From the NCBI RefSeq assembly GCF_006345805.1, contig NC_043003.1:26598001-26662000 (forward strand): a DNA stretch of 64,000 nt, in the 5' to 3' direction. The notes beneath the pieces are model-generated. The model was not told the DNA's origin, searched no databases, and worked only from the letters and a program-made list of their open reading frames with translations. Below, one piece after another: positions 40,321 through 52,241 of this stretch. Within the stretch, counting starts at the first letter, position 1; each line of letters opens with the position of its first letter. Made by a program: the position numbers and the translations under genes. The stretch comes from Octopus sinensis. Lineage: Eukaryota.

Positions 40321-40804
40321 AGCCAAGTCGGAACAGATATTTTTCACGAGGCATTCCCGTCCCTGCCTCGGCAATATCTGACCTAAAATTTTCAAATCAT
40401 CGCACTCGCGCCAAATTTATCGGCAGCAAATAAATATAAGCCGCCGATTCCATTACGGAATTAACCAGAAAATTCATAATTAATCAATATAGGGTGGCAA
40501 AAAAATTTTGTAGAATTTTTTTGCCACCAGCGGCCTAGTGGGAAAAAATTAAATAGTCATAGACCATTTTTAAGTTCAACATCACAATCAAGGAACGGCC
40601 ATAATAGGCCATACCCCACTAGAAATAACAGCCAAAAGCTTTAACCGCAAAATAACATCAATTCCGTAAACCAGGAGAAAATTAAAAAAATTTACCCTGG
40701 TTTACGGAATTCTCCTGGTTTACGGAATTGATGTTATTTTGCGGTTAAAGCTTTTGGCTGTTATTTCTAGTGGGTGTATGGCCTATTATGGCCGTTCCTT
40801 GATT

Positions 40805-40844
<40 letters not shown>

Positions 40845-41081
40845 CACATGAATACACATACAAGCACAGCGCACTGATTGTCTGGTGCGTGTGTATGCAC
40901 TTATATATATATATATATATAAGTGCATACGCACGCATAATGACATGCACGCGTGTGCCTATGTACGTTTATGCACACACACACACACACACATATTTAT
41001 GCATGCATATGTATATGTGTGTGAGTTTAAATATATATATATATGCATTTATATATATGTGTGTGCATGAATGTGTGTTTG

Positions 41082-41117
<36 letters not shown>

Positions 41118-41719
41118 CATGTATAAACTTTGACATATGTACACATATATATGCATATACACACATATATATATACACATGCATACGTATATATATATAC
41201 ATATGTGTGTGTATGTATGTATGTATGTATGTATGTATGTATGTATGGATGAATGGATGTATGTATGTATGTATGTAATACAGTGTGTGTGTTCATACAT
41301 TGTGTCACAGCCACCTCTTCATCCCTTCCCTAAAACTTCCTGCCAAAGGTCAGTTGATATAGCGTTAAAGAGACAATTAGAGGAAGCAGCCAGGTAACTA
41401 GATAGCTCAATGCACAGCGAGCATGGAGGAGGAGGAGAGAGAGAGAGGCGGGGAGACAGAGGGAGAGCAAGGAGGTGAGATCAGACAAAACCCAACAACT
41501 ACCTCTGTTGTTGCTGTTGCTGCTGTTGCTGTTAGTAGAGTCAAAGGAGTATCACCTGTCACTAATATTTACCTTGCTAATTGGGATAAAATGTCGGAGA
41601 GGAAATGGTAATGATATAAACATATATATCATGGTTTAGTTTGGTTTGGCTTGGTTTGGGTTGGGAGGAATAGGGGAGGTTCTTACACACTGGCTGGTGA
41701 TCATTTTCAACCTTGAGAA

Positions 41720-42810
41720 TGCTTGACGTGTGTCCTTACACGTTGATGATGATAGCAATGAGAGTAGCTGTCGTAGTTCCTTACATGTTTGTGATGCTTG
41801 TCAGTGAGTATGATTGTTCTACACTGAACGCTGATGCACTAATACAAGTCCTTACATACTGCAAGTCCTTACATACCGGTGACGTTCAGCAATGGAAATG
41901 ACTGTTGTGAATCCTTATACACTAATGATGTCCATCAATGAGAATAACTCTTGTAGGTCTTTGCACGTTGGTAATTTTGACAATAAAATTAACTGATGTA
42001 TGTCCTCACACACTAGTGATGTTCAGCAGTGAGAGTCCTGGTGTAGATCTTTTTACACCTGTGATGTTAGCAACAAAAGATACTGTTGTAAATCTTCACA
42101 TACTATTGATGTTAGCAACGAAATTTACTGCTGTAGATCCTTACACACTGGTGATGTCAGTAACGAAAATTACTGTTGTAGACCCTTGCACATTAGTGAT
42201 GTGAACAACGGACGAGCTGGCAGAAACGTTAGCACGCCGAGCGAAATGCTTAGTGGTATTTCATCCTTTCATCCTTTCGGTGTTGATTAAATAAGTACCA
42301 GTTGCGCACTGGGGTCGATATAATCGACTTAATCCGTTTGTCTGTCCGTGTTTGTCCCCTTTGTGTGTAGCCCCTTGTGGGTAGTAAAGAAAAAGGTATT
42401 TCGCCTGCCGTTACGTTCTGAGTTCCAATTCCGCCGAGGTCGACTTTGCCTTTCATCCTTTCGGGGTCGATAAATTAAGTACCAGTTACGCACTAGGGTC
42501 GATATAATCGACTTAATTCCTTCGTCTGTCCTTTTTTGTCCCCTCTAAGTTTAGCTCCTTGTGGGTCATAAAGAAATAAGAAACTTTAGCACGCCGAGCA
42601 AAATGCTTAGTGTCTTTACGTTTTGAGTTCAAAATCTGTCGAGGTCGACTTTGCCTTTCATCCTTTCGGGGTCTACTTACTTTAGTAAGTACCAGTTACG
42701 CACTAGGGTCGATCTAATCGACTGGCTTCCTCCCCCAAAATTTCAGTCTTTGTGCCTATAGTAGAAAAGTACGACTATGGTAGATCCTTGCACACTGGTG
42801 CTATCAGCAG
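41720..42810. repeat. Degenerate 45-bp minisatellite interrupted by a SINE B cluster (~42215-42770)
   Basis: Unit GTAGATCCTTACACACTGGTGATGTCAGTAACGAAAATTACTGTT; resumes at ~42775. Confidence 0.75.
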
Positions 42811-43205
42811 TAATGTACCATTGACACGCATACACACATACGTACTCTCTCACACACACATACACACACACACAATCTTTCATAAACACAAACCTAGATA
42901 TACCGAACTACCCATACATGCAGGCGCACAAACACACGAACGTTCTTAGACACTCGTACACAAACATACACTCACGCAATTACAGGTAACATCACACTCA
43001 AAGATATACACACGCATACACACACACATCCTCCCCCGCACACAAAGCGTGTCTGGTTCCTATAGAGCTTTTAATGAAGTGAAGAAGCTGCTTCTATAAA
43101 AAATAGGAAGCGGTTGATGAAACTGGTAAAATAAGAATATTGTGCCAACCGATAATGGTGAAGATCTAGAGGTAGAGAGAGAGAAAGGATAATATATCTG
43201 CGCGC

Positions 43206-43236
<31 letters not shown>

Positions 43237-43570
43237 TGTTCGTGTGAGTGAATGAATGTGCATACATACTTGCATAGAATGAGAGAAATGGAGAAAGTCA
43301 GAGAGGGACCGAGGCCTAGGTAGATAGATCGATAGATATAGAAAAGATTTAAAGCGTAAACAGATATGCATATACCCAAGCGTATGTATATATTTATATA
43401 TAGAAGTGCATGTATATAGATATATATATATATATATATAAGTTGTATAGAAATACAAACACACGTACTTTACGCACGTGTGTATGTGTGAATGTGTGAT
43501 ATTTTGAGAAACATACATACATATACGCTCACACACACATAGATAGACAGATAGATAGATAGATAGATAG

Positions 43571-43614
<44 letters not shown>

Positions 43615-43615
43615 C

Positions 43616-43658
<43 letters not shown>

Positions 43659-44348
43659 CAGATAGATAGATAGATAGATAGAAGATAGATAGATAGATAG
43701 ATATAGATAGATAGATAGATAGATAGATACGGAGAGTGTAAAAGCAAGTGTGTTTGAGAAAGAGACAGAGAGAGTGTGAGAGAGAGATAGAAAGAAAGAA
43801 AGAAAGGAAAAAAGAAAGAAAGAAAGAAGGAAAGAAAGAAAAAGATAGGGAGAAAAGAGAGTAACTTCTACACAGACAAGAGGAAATCCGGAAGCATTCC
43901 GAATCTTAATAAACCTAATTACAAAAGGAACCCGTATATTAAGCAATTGGTTAAGCGGCAGTTCTTGAGTGCAGTTAGTTTGTTAGTTTCTTTTTCGCTT
44001 TCTTTTCCTTTTTTTTTCTCTGTGTGTATATACAAAGGTATCTATCGAAACAACACTATCATTTTGCCAAACATGGCAATCAACTCCAGGTGTCTTATTT
44101 ATATTATACTTTACCGTTGTCGGTTGGTGATGATGTTGTTGGTGTTGGTGTTGGTGTTGTTGTTGTTGTTGTTGCTGTTTTCTTACCTCATTCCAGCAGT
44201 CTGGAATTGTTATTGTTTTATTTCATTTTTTTCTTCTATTTTTTATTCATTTTATTCTTATAGCTGTTGTCTGCTCTGATAACAGCTCTTGGCCAATATT
44301 TTCTTCTCTTTTCGGTATATATATATATGTATATATATATACATACAA

Positions 44349-44420
<72 letters not shown>

Positions 44421-44459
44421 CATATATGTACATGCATACATACATACATACATAATATA

Positions 44460-44509
<50 letters not shown>

Positions 44510-44641
44510 ATATATATAATATATATACATATATATATGTATTATATGTATATATATATATATATATACACATATATATATGTATATATATATATAATAT
44601 ATATAATATATATATATATATATGTATGTATATATATGTAT

Positions 44642-44984
44642 ACAAAATGAGAAAATGGAGAAATATATCTAAATCAATCATCAACTATTAGATAATACCG
44701 AATCAATACTTTATTAAAACACTACACAATAGCAATGATATTATACATTAATATAGTACAAATATAACAAGACATAGAAATACATTTACATTGTAGCTGA
44801 CAGCTGTTTCGGCCATGAAGACAGGTATGTCTCATTTAACATATTAGCCATATAAAGCAGGTATAAATGAGACATTAACAAGAATATCTCACGGCCTCTT
44901 CAGAGATTTTAATGCAAGTATGAGTACAAATCCTAAATAATTTACATATAAATATAAATATGTGTGCATACACACTCATATTCT

Positions 44985-45083
<99 letters not shown>

Positions 45084-45376
45084 TATATACAATAATACAA
45101 TATAAACAATATAGATCAATATACATCAACAAACACAATAATGTTCCATGTTGAACTCCACAGCTCCTCAACCAACATCAAGAAACCACAACAGACACAT
45201 TCACACTCAAAGCAGGCATATATATTAAACAGTCCAATATATTAAAATGTGTCATTTCACAAAAACTCAATAAAGTTAATATCACCACCACGGTACCATC
45301 CAATGCAAGCGGACATCCGGTATTATCTGATAGTTGATGATTGATTTAGATATATTTCTCCATTTTCTCATTTTGT
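44642..45376 (-). mobile_element. Penelope-type non-autonomous element with ~59-bp terminal inverted repeats and a hammerhead (family H3)
   Basis: 44642-44700 is the reverse complement of 45318-45376; HHR at 44796-44905. Confidence 0.65.
44796..44905 (-). ncRNA. Hammerhead ribozyme motif (H3) with extended stem II and palindromic stem III
   Basis: Minus strand CT-CTGAAGA-GGCCGTGAG...TTCATGGCC-GAAAC-AGCT-GTC-AG; internal 11-bp hairpin TGTCTCATTTA/TAAATGAGACA. Confidence 0.7.
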
Positions 45377-46662
45377 ATTATTAATTTACGGTAAAAATAA
45401 TTTTACCTTTGCCCACATAATACAGTAAATGAATTAATTGCATCGCAATTTTTAACATTTATGTATTAGCTTTGTTGGGTACTTCTCTAGCAGTATATTG
45501 GATATATGTTATCCAATGGAGGGTTGAATTTACAACCCCTATCTCATTTTATAAATATATATATGTATATATATATAGGTGTGCGTGTGTGTGTGGAGGT
45601 GCAATGGCCTAGTGGTTAGGGCAATGGACTCGCGGTCGTAGGATCGCGGTTTCCATTCACAGACCGGGCGAAAATACCTAACGCTCCACGAGACTACGGC
45701 AGAGGCTGGTGGTGATTCCTGCTGTACTCTTTCCCCACAACTTTCTCTCATTCTTTCTTCTGTTGGCCTGTTCGCTTATATGGTGGTGGTGGTGGTGGTG
45801 GTTACAGATTCTCGTGACGGCGACCATCTACCAGTATCTGACAGCACTCTGCCAAATTTTGTAACCTCTCCATCGAGGATAGAACATGACTACAATGTCA
45901 GAATCTGTGCAAAGTACGAATTGCTCTGAATGCACTGCTTGGAATTGGCAAATAGAACACATTCATAAAATCCGTCCTTGGTTTTTCCTGCTCTTCCTTC
46001 TTTTAATCTCCCTCATACTTTCTTCTTTTTTTCTTTCTTTCTTTTTCTCGCTTCCCCTCCCTCACATTTCTTGGCATTTTCTTTTTTCGATCTCTCTACT
46101 TTCCTTCGTTATCTCCCTTGTACCTTTTTCCCTGTCCCTCCTTCTCTCTAGTTCCTTCCCTAATCCTTCAATCCTTCTGCCCCCAACCTCTCTCTTTTCC
46201 TTCCATGTGACCGCTGTTCGGCCAGGCCTGATCTTTCTTTCTTGGCCTGACCGCCACCCGTACAGCACCTGTTCTATGTTTGTGCCTCAAGGCTTTCACT
46301 CCACACGCCAGCTCAACTTGATTCGTCCTTATGAGGCGAAAAAAACATGTCGTTATGCTCTTGTTGTTTGTATTCGTAATCGTGTAATATTTTCTCCGTT
46401 TTCTCGTTTTTATTTTTTCTGTGTTGTACTGATTCGCTTACTTTTTTCTAAAAATTTGATGCTCTTAGCTTAGACTTTTGGGTCCAGCTAATTTTGAGTA
46501 GTCTCAAATGTAACAGACCGAAACTGAATAGATAATTTGGAAACTTGACTGATGAATAGCAGGCCACGAATGATCCATCTTTGCTTTTTCCTGTTCATCT
46601 TTGTATCGTCTATCTGTCCGTATGTTTTTATTGTCGTCTGTTACGTTCTTATTCCATATATT

Positions 46663-46708
<46 letters not shown>

Positions 46709-47999
46709 TATATGCATACACACATGCATACAGACAGACAGGTGTTGAAAAATACGAACTATCATTTCAAGACATCCCCGGCGAGTGTGATGAATGCATT
46801 TCTAGATTTTTAGCTATCATCAGCACCGGGTATCTCAAAAGAAGACCACCCTGAATTGACTCTGAAACGCATCTTCGTTTGTTTTTGTAAATCAATATCA
46901 AAACTTAAACTGATTACGTACGGCGTCAGACAAAATATTGTACACCTTCGTATAAATTTTCTCAACAGGCATTAGTCAACCCGGAGCGGGGGGGGGGGGC
47001 TTGTAGTTGAAAATATTTGCACAGAGTGCTGCGCAGCGCGGTGGAACCGAATCCGAATCCAAAACAACCAGCCACATGGTTATGAAAGCGAGCTTCTTGA
47101 CCATGTAGCCATGCCCGTGCCTTTGGGGACATAACTCCTTTGTTTCAATCAGCAATCGACTACCATCATTACCAGCAACAGCAACAGCAGCAGCAGCACC
47201 AGCACCACCACCACCGACAACTACAACAACGACAACAACAACGGCCACACCACAACTACCGCTATTGATGAGGGAATATTCAACCGTACCCAATAATCCT
47301 TGTGTGGCTTTATCACATTTTTAATTATGTAATATCGCTAAAAGCCTTTAATCGCTCAGTTAACTTTTAGTATTTAGTAAATACTGGTAAATACTAAAGT
47401 ATTTAGTATTTCATGAAGAGATCGCATTTCCAGCTCATTCTTTATCATCTTTCTTTTATCTTTTGAGTCATTCTAAAGTTTTATTTTTTAATCCGACCTT
47501 CGTGCCATGTAAACATGCATCGGAGTAATTCCTCCGAGAACGAGTCAGCTCATTAAAAAAATACTGGATTTGAACTTTCCATTCTGTAATATAAACGATA
47601 GATATTTTTTCCCATTAATAATTATGAACGGGAACCAGAAGAGCAAAAGGATGAACTATCCCCTCCGAACCAGAGGCACCAGCACTAATAATATCCTTGC
47701 TATTATAGCGCCGCGGTTCCTGTTTCGATTTACAGTGGAAGCCAGTTTCATTTCAAAAGAAGGCGGTAAGCTGGTAGAATCGATACCGCGCCGCTTAACG
47801 ATACCGATACCGCTTAACGGCATTTCGTCCGTCTTTACGTTCACAGTTCAAATTTCCCCCGAGATTGACCTTGTCCATCATCGATAAAATAACTACCGGT
47901 TGAGTACATTGGGATTGTTGTCATGCTAATAGATTCCATGTGCACGTCCTCTTGTTCTTTGTTACTGTTATTTTTAATGTTCAATTATTCAATTTCATT

Positions 48000-48082
<83 letters not shown>

Positions 48083-48128
48083 GAGAGATAGATAGATAGA
48101 TAAAAAGATAGATATAGATAGATAGATT

Positions 48129-48210
<82 letters not shown>

Positions 48211-48659
48211 GAGGGGAGAGCCTTAGTTTTTTTGTAGTTTAAATCGTGTCATAGTTTTTAAATTTTGTAACAAATTTATTAAAATACCAAACTGGTTTCG
48301 ACAGTTTTTGGCTTTTTAATGCCAAATAAAAGATGTTTAGGAAAGTTTAAAATACAACGGAAAATTCAGAAAAACATGGTAAAAAGATCAAATGTTCACG
48401 CAAAATTTCCAATATTCTAAAAGTTAGACAATATTACGAGTTAAAATGTTCGATGGATTTCATAAGAATCATACATGATTGAAAGTTCAGTTACATTGAA
48501 TTATATTGCATTAACAAACAGATAAGATGAATGTTTTTAAAGAGTAAGAAAATAAAGAAAAGAAAGGAATTTTTCTTTTTTTTTTTTTCTTTTACGATTT
48601 CTGCCGTAGAATATGAAGAAAGATTTGTTTTCTGGAACATGATTAAGAATTACAACAAA

Positions 48660-50995
48660 TCAGAGATTTATGAAAGATGATTGAACTTAGTTCCTTTATT
48701 CTCTCGTAGAGATCAGCGTTTTAAAGCCATCTCAAATGAAGCTGAACAGCTGAGAGAACTTAGGGAAAAAATGGCCCTGGATAACTTTAAAATGGGGAAA
48801 GAACTGAGGGCTCACGAGGTAAAAATAAATGTGAGATACGAAAAGATGGAAGTGGAAATTGCTTAGTAAGCTGAAGGGGAGCTTTTTAACAACCCTATCC
48901 AACTCAAGAAACAAAGTTGCGAGAAAGAAGTAATTTCTTTTCGAAGACGAGGAAAAAAATAATGATTGGTTTAGTCACTGTGAAGCAAAATTTTAAGAAC
49001 ATGAATCGGATAACCAATTCTTGAAGAGAATGGAATGTCACAAATCCCGCCTGCCTGTAGCAGGGTCATTATCTAAAAGCAACTCAAAACTCATCAAAGA
49101 TACAACGTGGTAAATAATAACTTCAGAGCATCATCAAAAATGCTCATCAAAGGCACAGTATGGAAGATACCAATTCCAGAACATCTAAACAATCCTTTCA
49201 GGATCAACAAAAATCTGTTTCCCTACAAGACAAAGTCCTCTAAGATAAATGTTCATACAAAAATTACAATATTGAATAAGTGGATTAACCGGAAGAAACA
49301 AGAACATCTCTCGTACGAGATGCAACATCTCCCCAAATCGAGGTCACTAACTGACATTACACACGAGAAACTTTAACCATAATGACTATTTCAGACAGAA
49401 CCGAAGACAATTGATACTTCAAACCATAAATTATAGCCATTATGACAACTAGACACTGGGCCGGCCACAGATAAGAATCTACAATAGATCATGCTTGTAC
49501 GGGAACACTAATTCGATGAATCAAAAACCGATGTCTATTTTTGAGACATAGTGGACGAAAACCTAGAAACTCGATGGCACTATAAATCTCTCACATAAAA
49601 AAGTCCTGTCAACGAAACAAATTAAAATCCTCTCAAAGGACTAAAATTTAGCGCAACACCACAAAATTCCAAAATAAATTAACGCTATTCAGGAATTTTG
49701 TAGGAATGTAGAATTATTTCACAAAGAAATCAATGATCACCCAATGCTTCCTAATAAAAGTAACTACAGTCCAATAGATGAGAGGAACCAAATTCTTGAC
49801 AAATGTTGAGATTTCGTAACCAATTTCCCTTATAGTTTACTAGCACATCCGAAATTTAAACTAAATGTAAGCTGAGAAGAATGGGAAATCATTAATGATC
49901 TCAAGAACGATCAAAATGTAGATATTAAAGAAGTTGATGCTGTAGTTATTATTGATTCGAAATAATACATAAACACTAGACTAGATCGCCTTCATGACAA
50001 TACTTATGAAAAATCTAAGAATTACCAATAACCCAAAATGATGAAAAAATTCACTACCCTCATCTAACAATTCCAAAAGGAATAAGTGGGAAAGGAAAAG
50101 ACTTACTTAACAAGATTTGACTTCAAAACCAGCAACTTTTACGAACTTTCAAAATCCACAAGAGTGAAGCCATAAATGAAGCTTGTGGCAGATCAACCCC
50201 ATTAGTTGTTAATATGCCACAAGGCCGCGAGCTGGCAGAATCGTTGGTACGCCGGACGAAATGCTTAGTGGTATTTCGTATGTCTTTACGTTCTGCGTTC
50301 AAATTACGCCGAGGTCGACTTTGTCTTTCATCCTTCCGGGGTCGATAAATTAAGTATCTGCTGCATACTGAGGTCGATCTAATCAACTGGCCCCCTCCCC
50401 ACAAAATTTTGGGCCTTCTGCCTAGAGTAGAAAAGAATATGCCTCATCTCAGAGATCTCAAAACGAGACCCATTGTGGAAGGTCTGTCCTTTGAGATACA
50501 TAAAAAGCGTAGCTTCATGGACGATCTTCTGAAGTCCATTCTTTAACATATAACCGACCTTCATAAGAAATGAATTGGACTTTCTAAACCATCACTCGAG
50601 CAAAACCAGCACACACACCGTTTCCGTCTCATTCGATGCAATAACTTTCTACACATCGATTCCACACGAATACGGAATAGAAACTATATAATTCTAACTG
50701 GTAAAATTTTCCAATGACATAACTGACCGAATCGTAGAAGGATTTGTCAATGAAGGATTAAAATTCGTCCTTAGAAATAACTTTTTTAACTTCAACGACA
50801 ACACCTACAGAGAAATACCTGGGACTGCGATGGGAGCGAGAGTAATCTCAACTTTTTCTAATCTTGCCATGGAATACCTAGAAGTCCAAATATAAGAACA
50901 CTTCAAACTAAAATTTGGCGATAATTTCCATGAATACTCACTCGCCAACTAGAAATTCTACCTGGACGATTGTTTCATTCTGTGGTCACATAAAA
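48660..50995 (+). mobile_element. Degenerate Penelope-like element, reverse transcriptase region
   Basis: Fragments resembling LSKGLKF..TP, FYELSKIHK, DLKTRPIVEG, FYTSIPHEYG, LKFVLRNNFFNFNDNTYREIPGTAMG, FYLDDCFILW (PLE RT motifs); many stops and frameshifts. Confidence 0.85.
50219..50435 (+). mobile_element. SINE family B inserted in the PLE RT with 8-bp TSD AATATGCC
   Basis: AATATGCC at 50211-50218 and 50436-50443; RT reading resumes after removal. Confidence 0.8.
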
Positions 50996-51159
50996 TTGAA
51001 AAACATTAGATCGTGAAAACCGGTTTGGTATTTCAAATTTGTAACTAAATTTAAAAATTATGATTCGTTTTATGACTGAGGTGCAATTTCAACGCTCAAA
51101 CCAACTCTCCTATATACTTTCCTGCGTGGGAATACATTTCTTTTCTCCTTTCCTCCCTC

Positions 51160-51220
<61 letters not shown>

Positions 51221-51297
51221 ACACACACACAGACACACACACACACATACATACATACATACACATATATATATACATACATCCATACATACATACA

Positions 51298-51328
<31 letters not shown>

Positions 51329-51477
51329 TTCGTTTTTGGATTTGGTTTGCAAGATTCTTTATGTGAGTTCGTGTGTTGAAGTATATTCTGTTGTGTTTAG
51401 GGAGAGTTATTTTCTTTTTGTTTAACACATTCACCGGTAAAATTTCCGCTCATTTTTTATTTTTATTTTCCTAAAAT

Positions 51478-52241
51478 AAAGCCGCTTGGAAAAGTCCTTG
51501 AACATTGTTGTTCATGCGCATTAAGTTTTAACGTTCTAGCTCACTTTAGTTGTTCACAGCAGTGCTTTGAAGGATTGTGTGTAGTGTGTGATTGTCGCAT
51601 TGACCATGACAGAGAAAGCTGTCATGGCGATACCTTCTCAGTAGCCTACGCAAAGTTGCAGAAAGTGTATGGAAAGGAGTGTATGAGACGCACATAAGTG
51701 TATGAGTGGGTCAGACGTTTCCAAGATGGCCGAAAGTATGTCGATATTGACGAACATTCTAGGAGACCCGCAATCAGCAGAACTGAGAAAAACATTACAG
51801 ATGTGCGTGCATCTGTGAAGGGAAATCGTCGAATCACCATCCGTGAGTTATCAGATGTGTCGATTAGTTACGGTTCAGTTCAGTCCATTATCACTCAAGA
51901 TTTGGGTATAAGACACATGTCTGACAAGTTTGTGCCAAAACTGCTTTCAGCTTATCAAAAGGACACTTCGGCTTCAGTTGTACCAAATCTTCTTGAATGC
52001 GTCGAGAACGAGGAAAAGTTTTTGAAAACTTTACATAGGCCTCTGAGCAGATATCGTCAAGCATTTGGCAAAATTTGATACAAATTCTGTGCTCAACTTT
52101 CTCTGTCATGATCAACGCGACTATCACACGCCACACACCTTCCTTCCAAGCACTTCTGTAAACAGTGGAAGTGAGCTAGAACTTTAAAACTTAGTGCGCA
52201 TGCACAGCAGTGTTCAAGATCAATCTGTGCCAAGCGGTTTT
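51478..52241. mobile_element. mariner derivative with 5' region at both ends (long inverted arms)
   Basis: Plus strand encodes HTH region (VYEWVRRFQDGR..RRITIRELSDVSISYGSVQSIITQDLG..KFVPKLL); minus strand from 52136 encodes the same family N-terminus (MTEKVEHRICIKFC); related fragment at ~38335-38590. Confidence 0.75.

Larger units (their letters stand above)
39501..40808 (-). mobile_element. Hammerhead-bearing repeat family H1, locus 2: retrozyme-like tandem array (units start 39501, 39990, 40480) ending in an inverted segment (~40710-40808)
   Basis: 489/490-bp near-identical units; one HHR per complete unit on the minus strand; flanked by (TA)n. Confidence 0.85.

Noticed and set aside
45886-46854. 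ORFs of 195 aa and 100 aa as host exons
   Set aside because: Largely CT-rich or (TA)n low complexity, with no recognisable domain or clear splice pattern.
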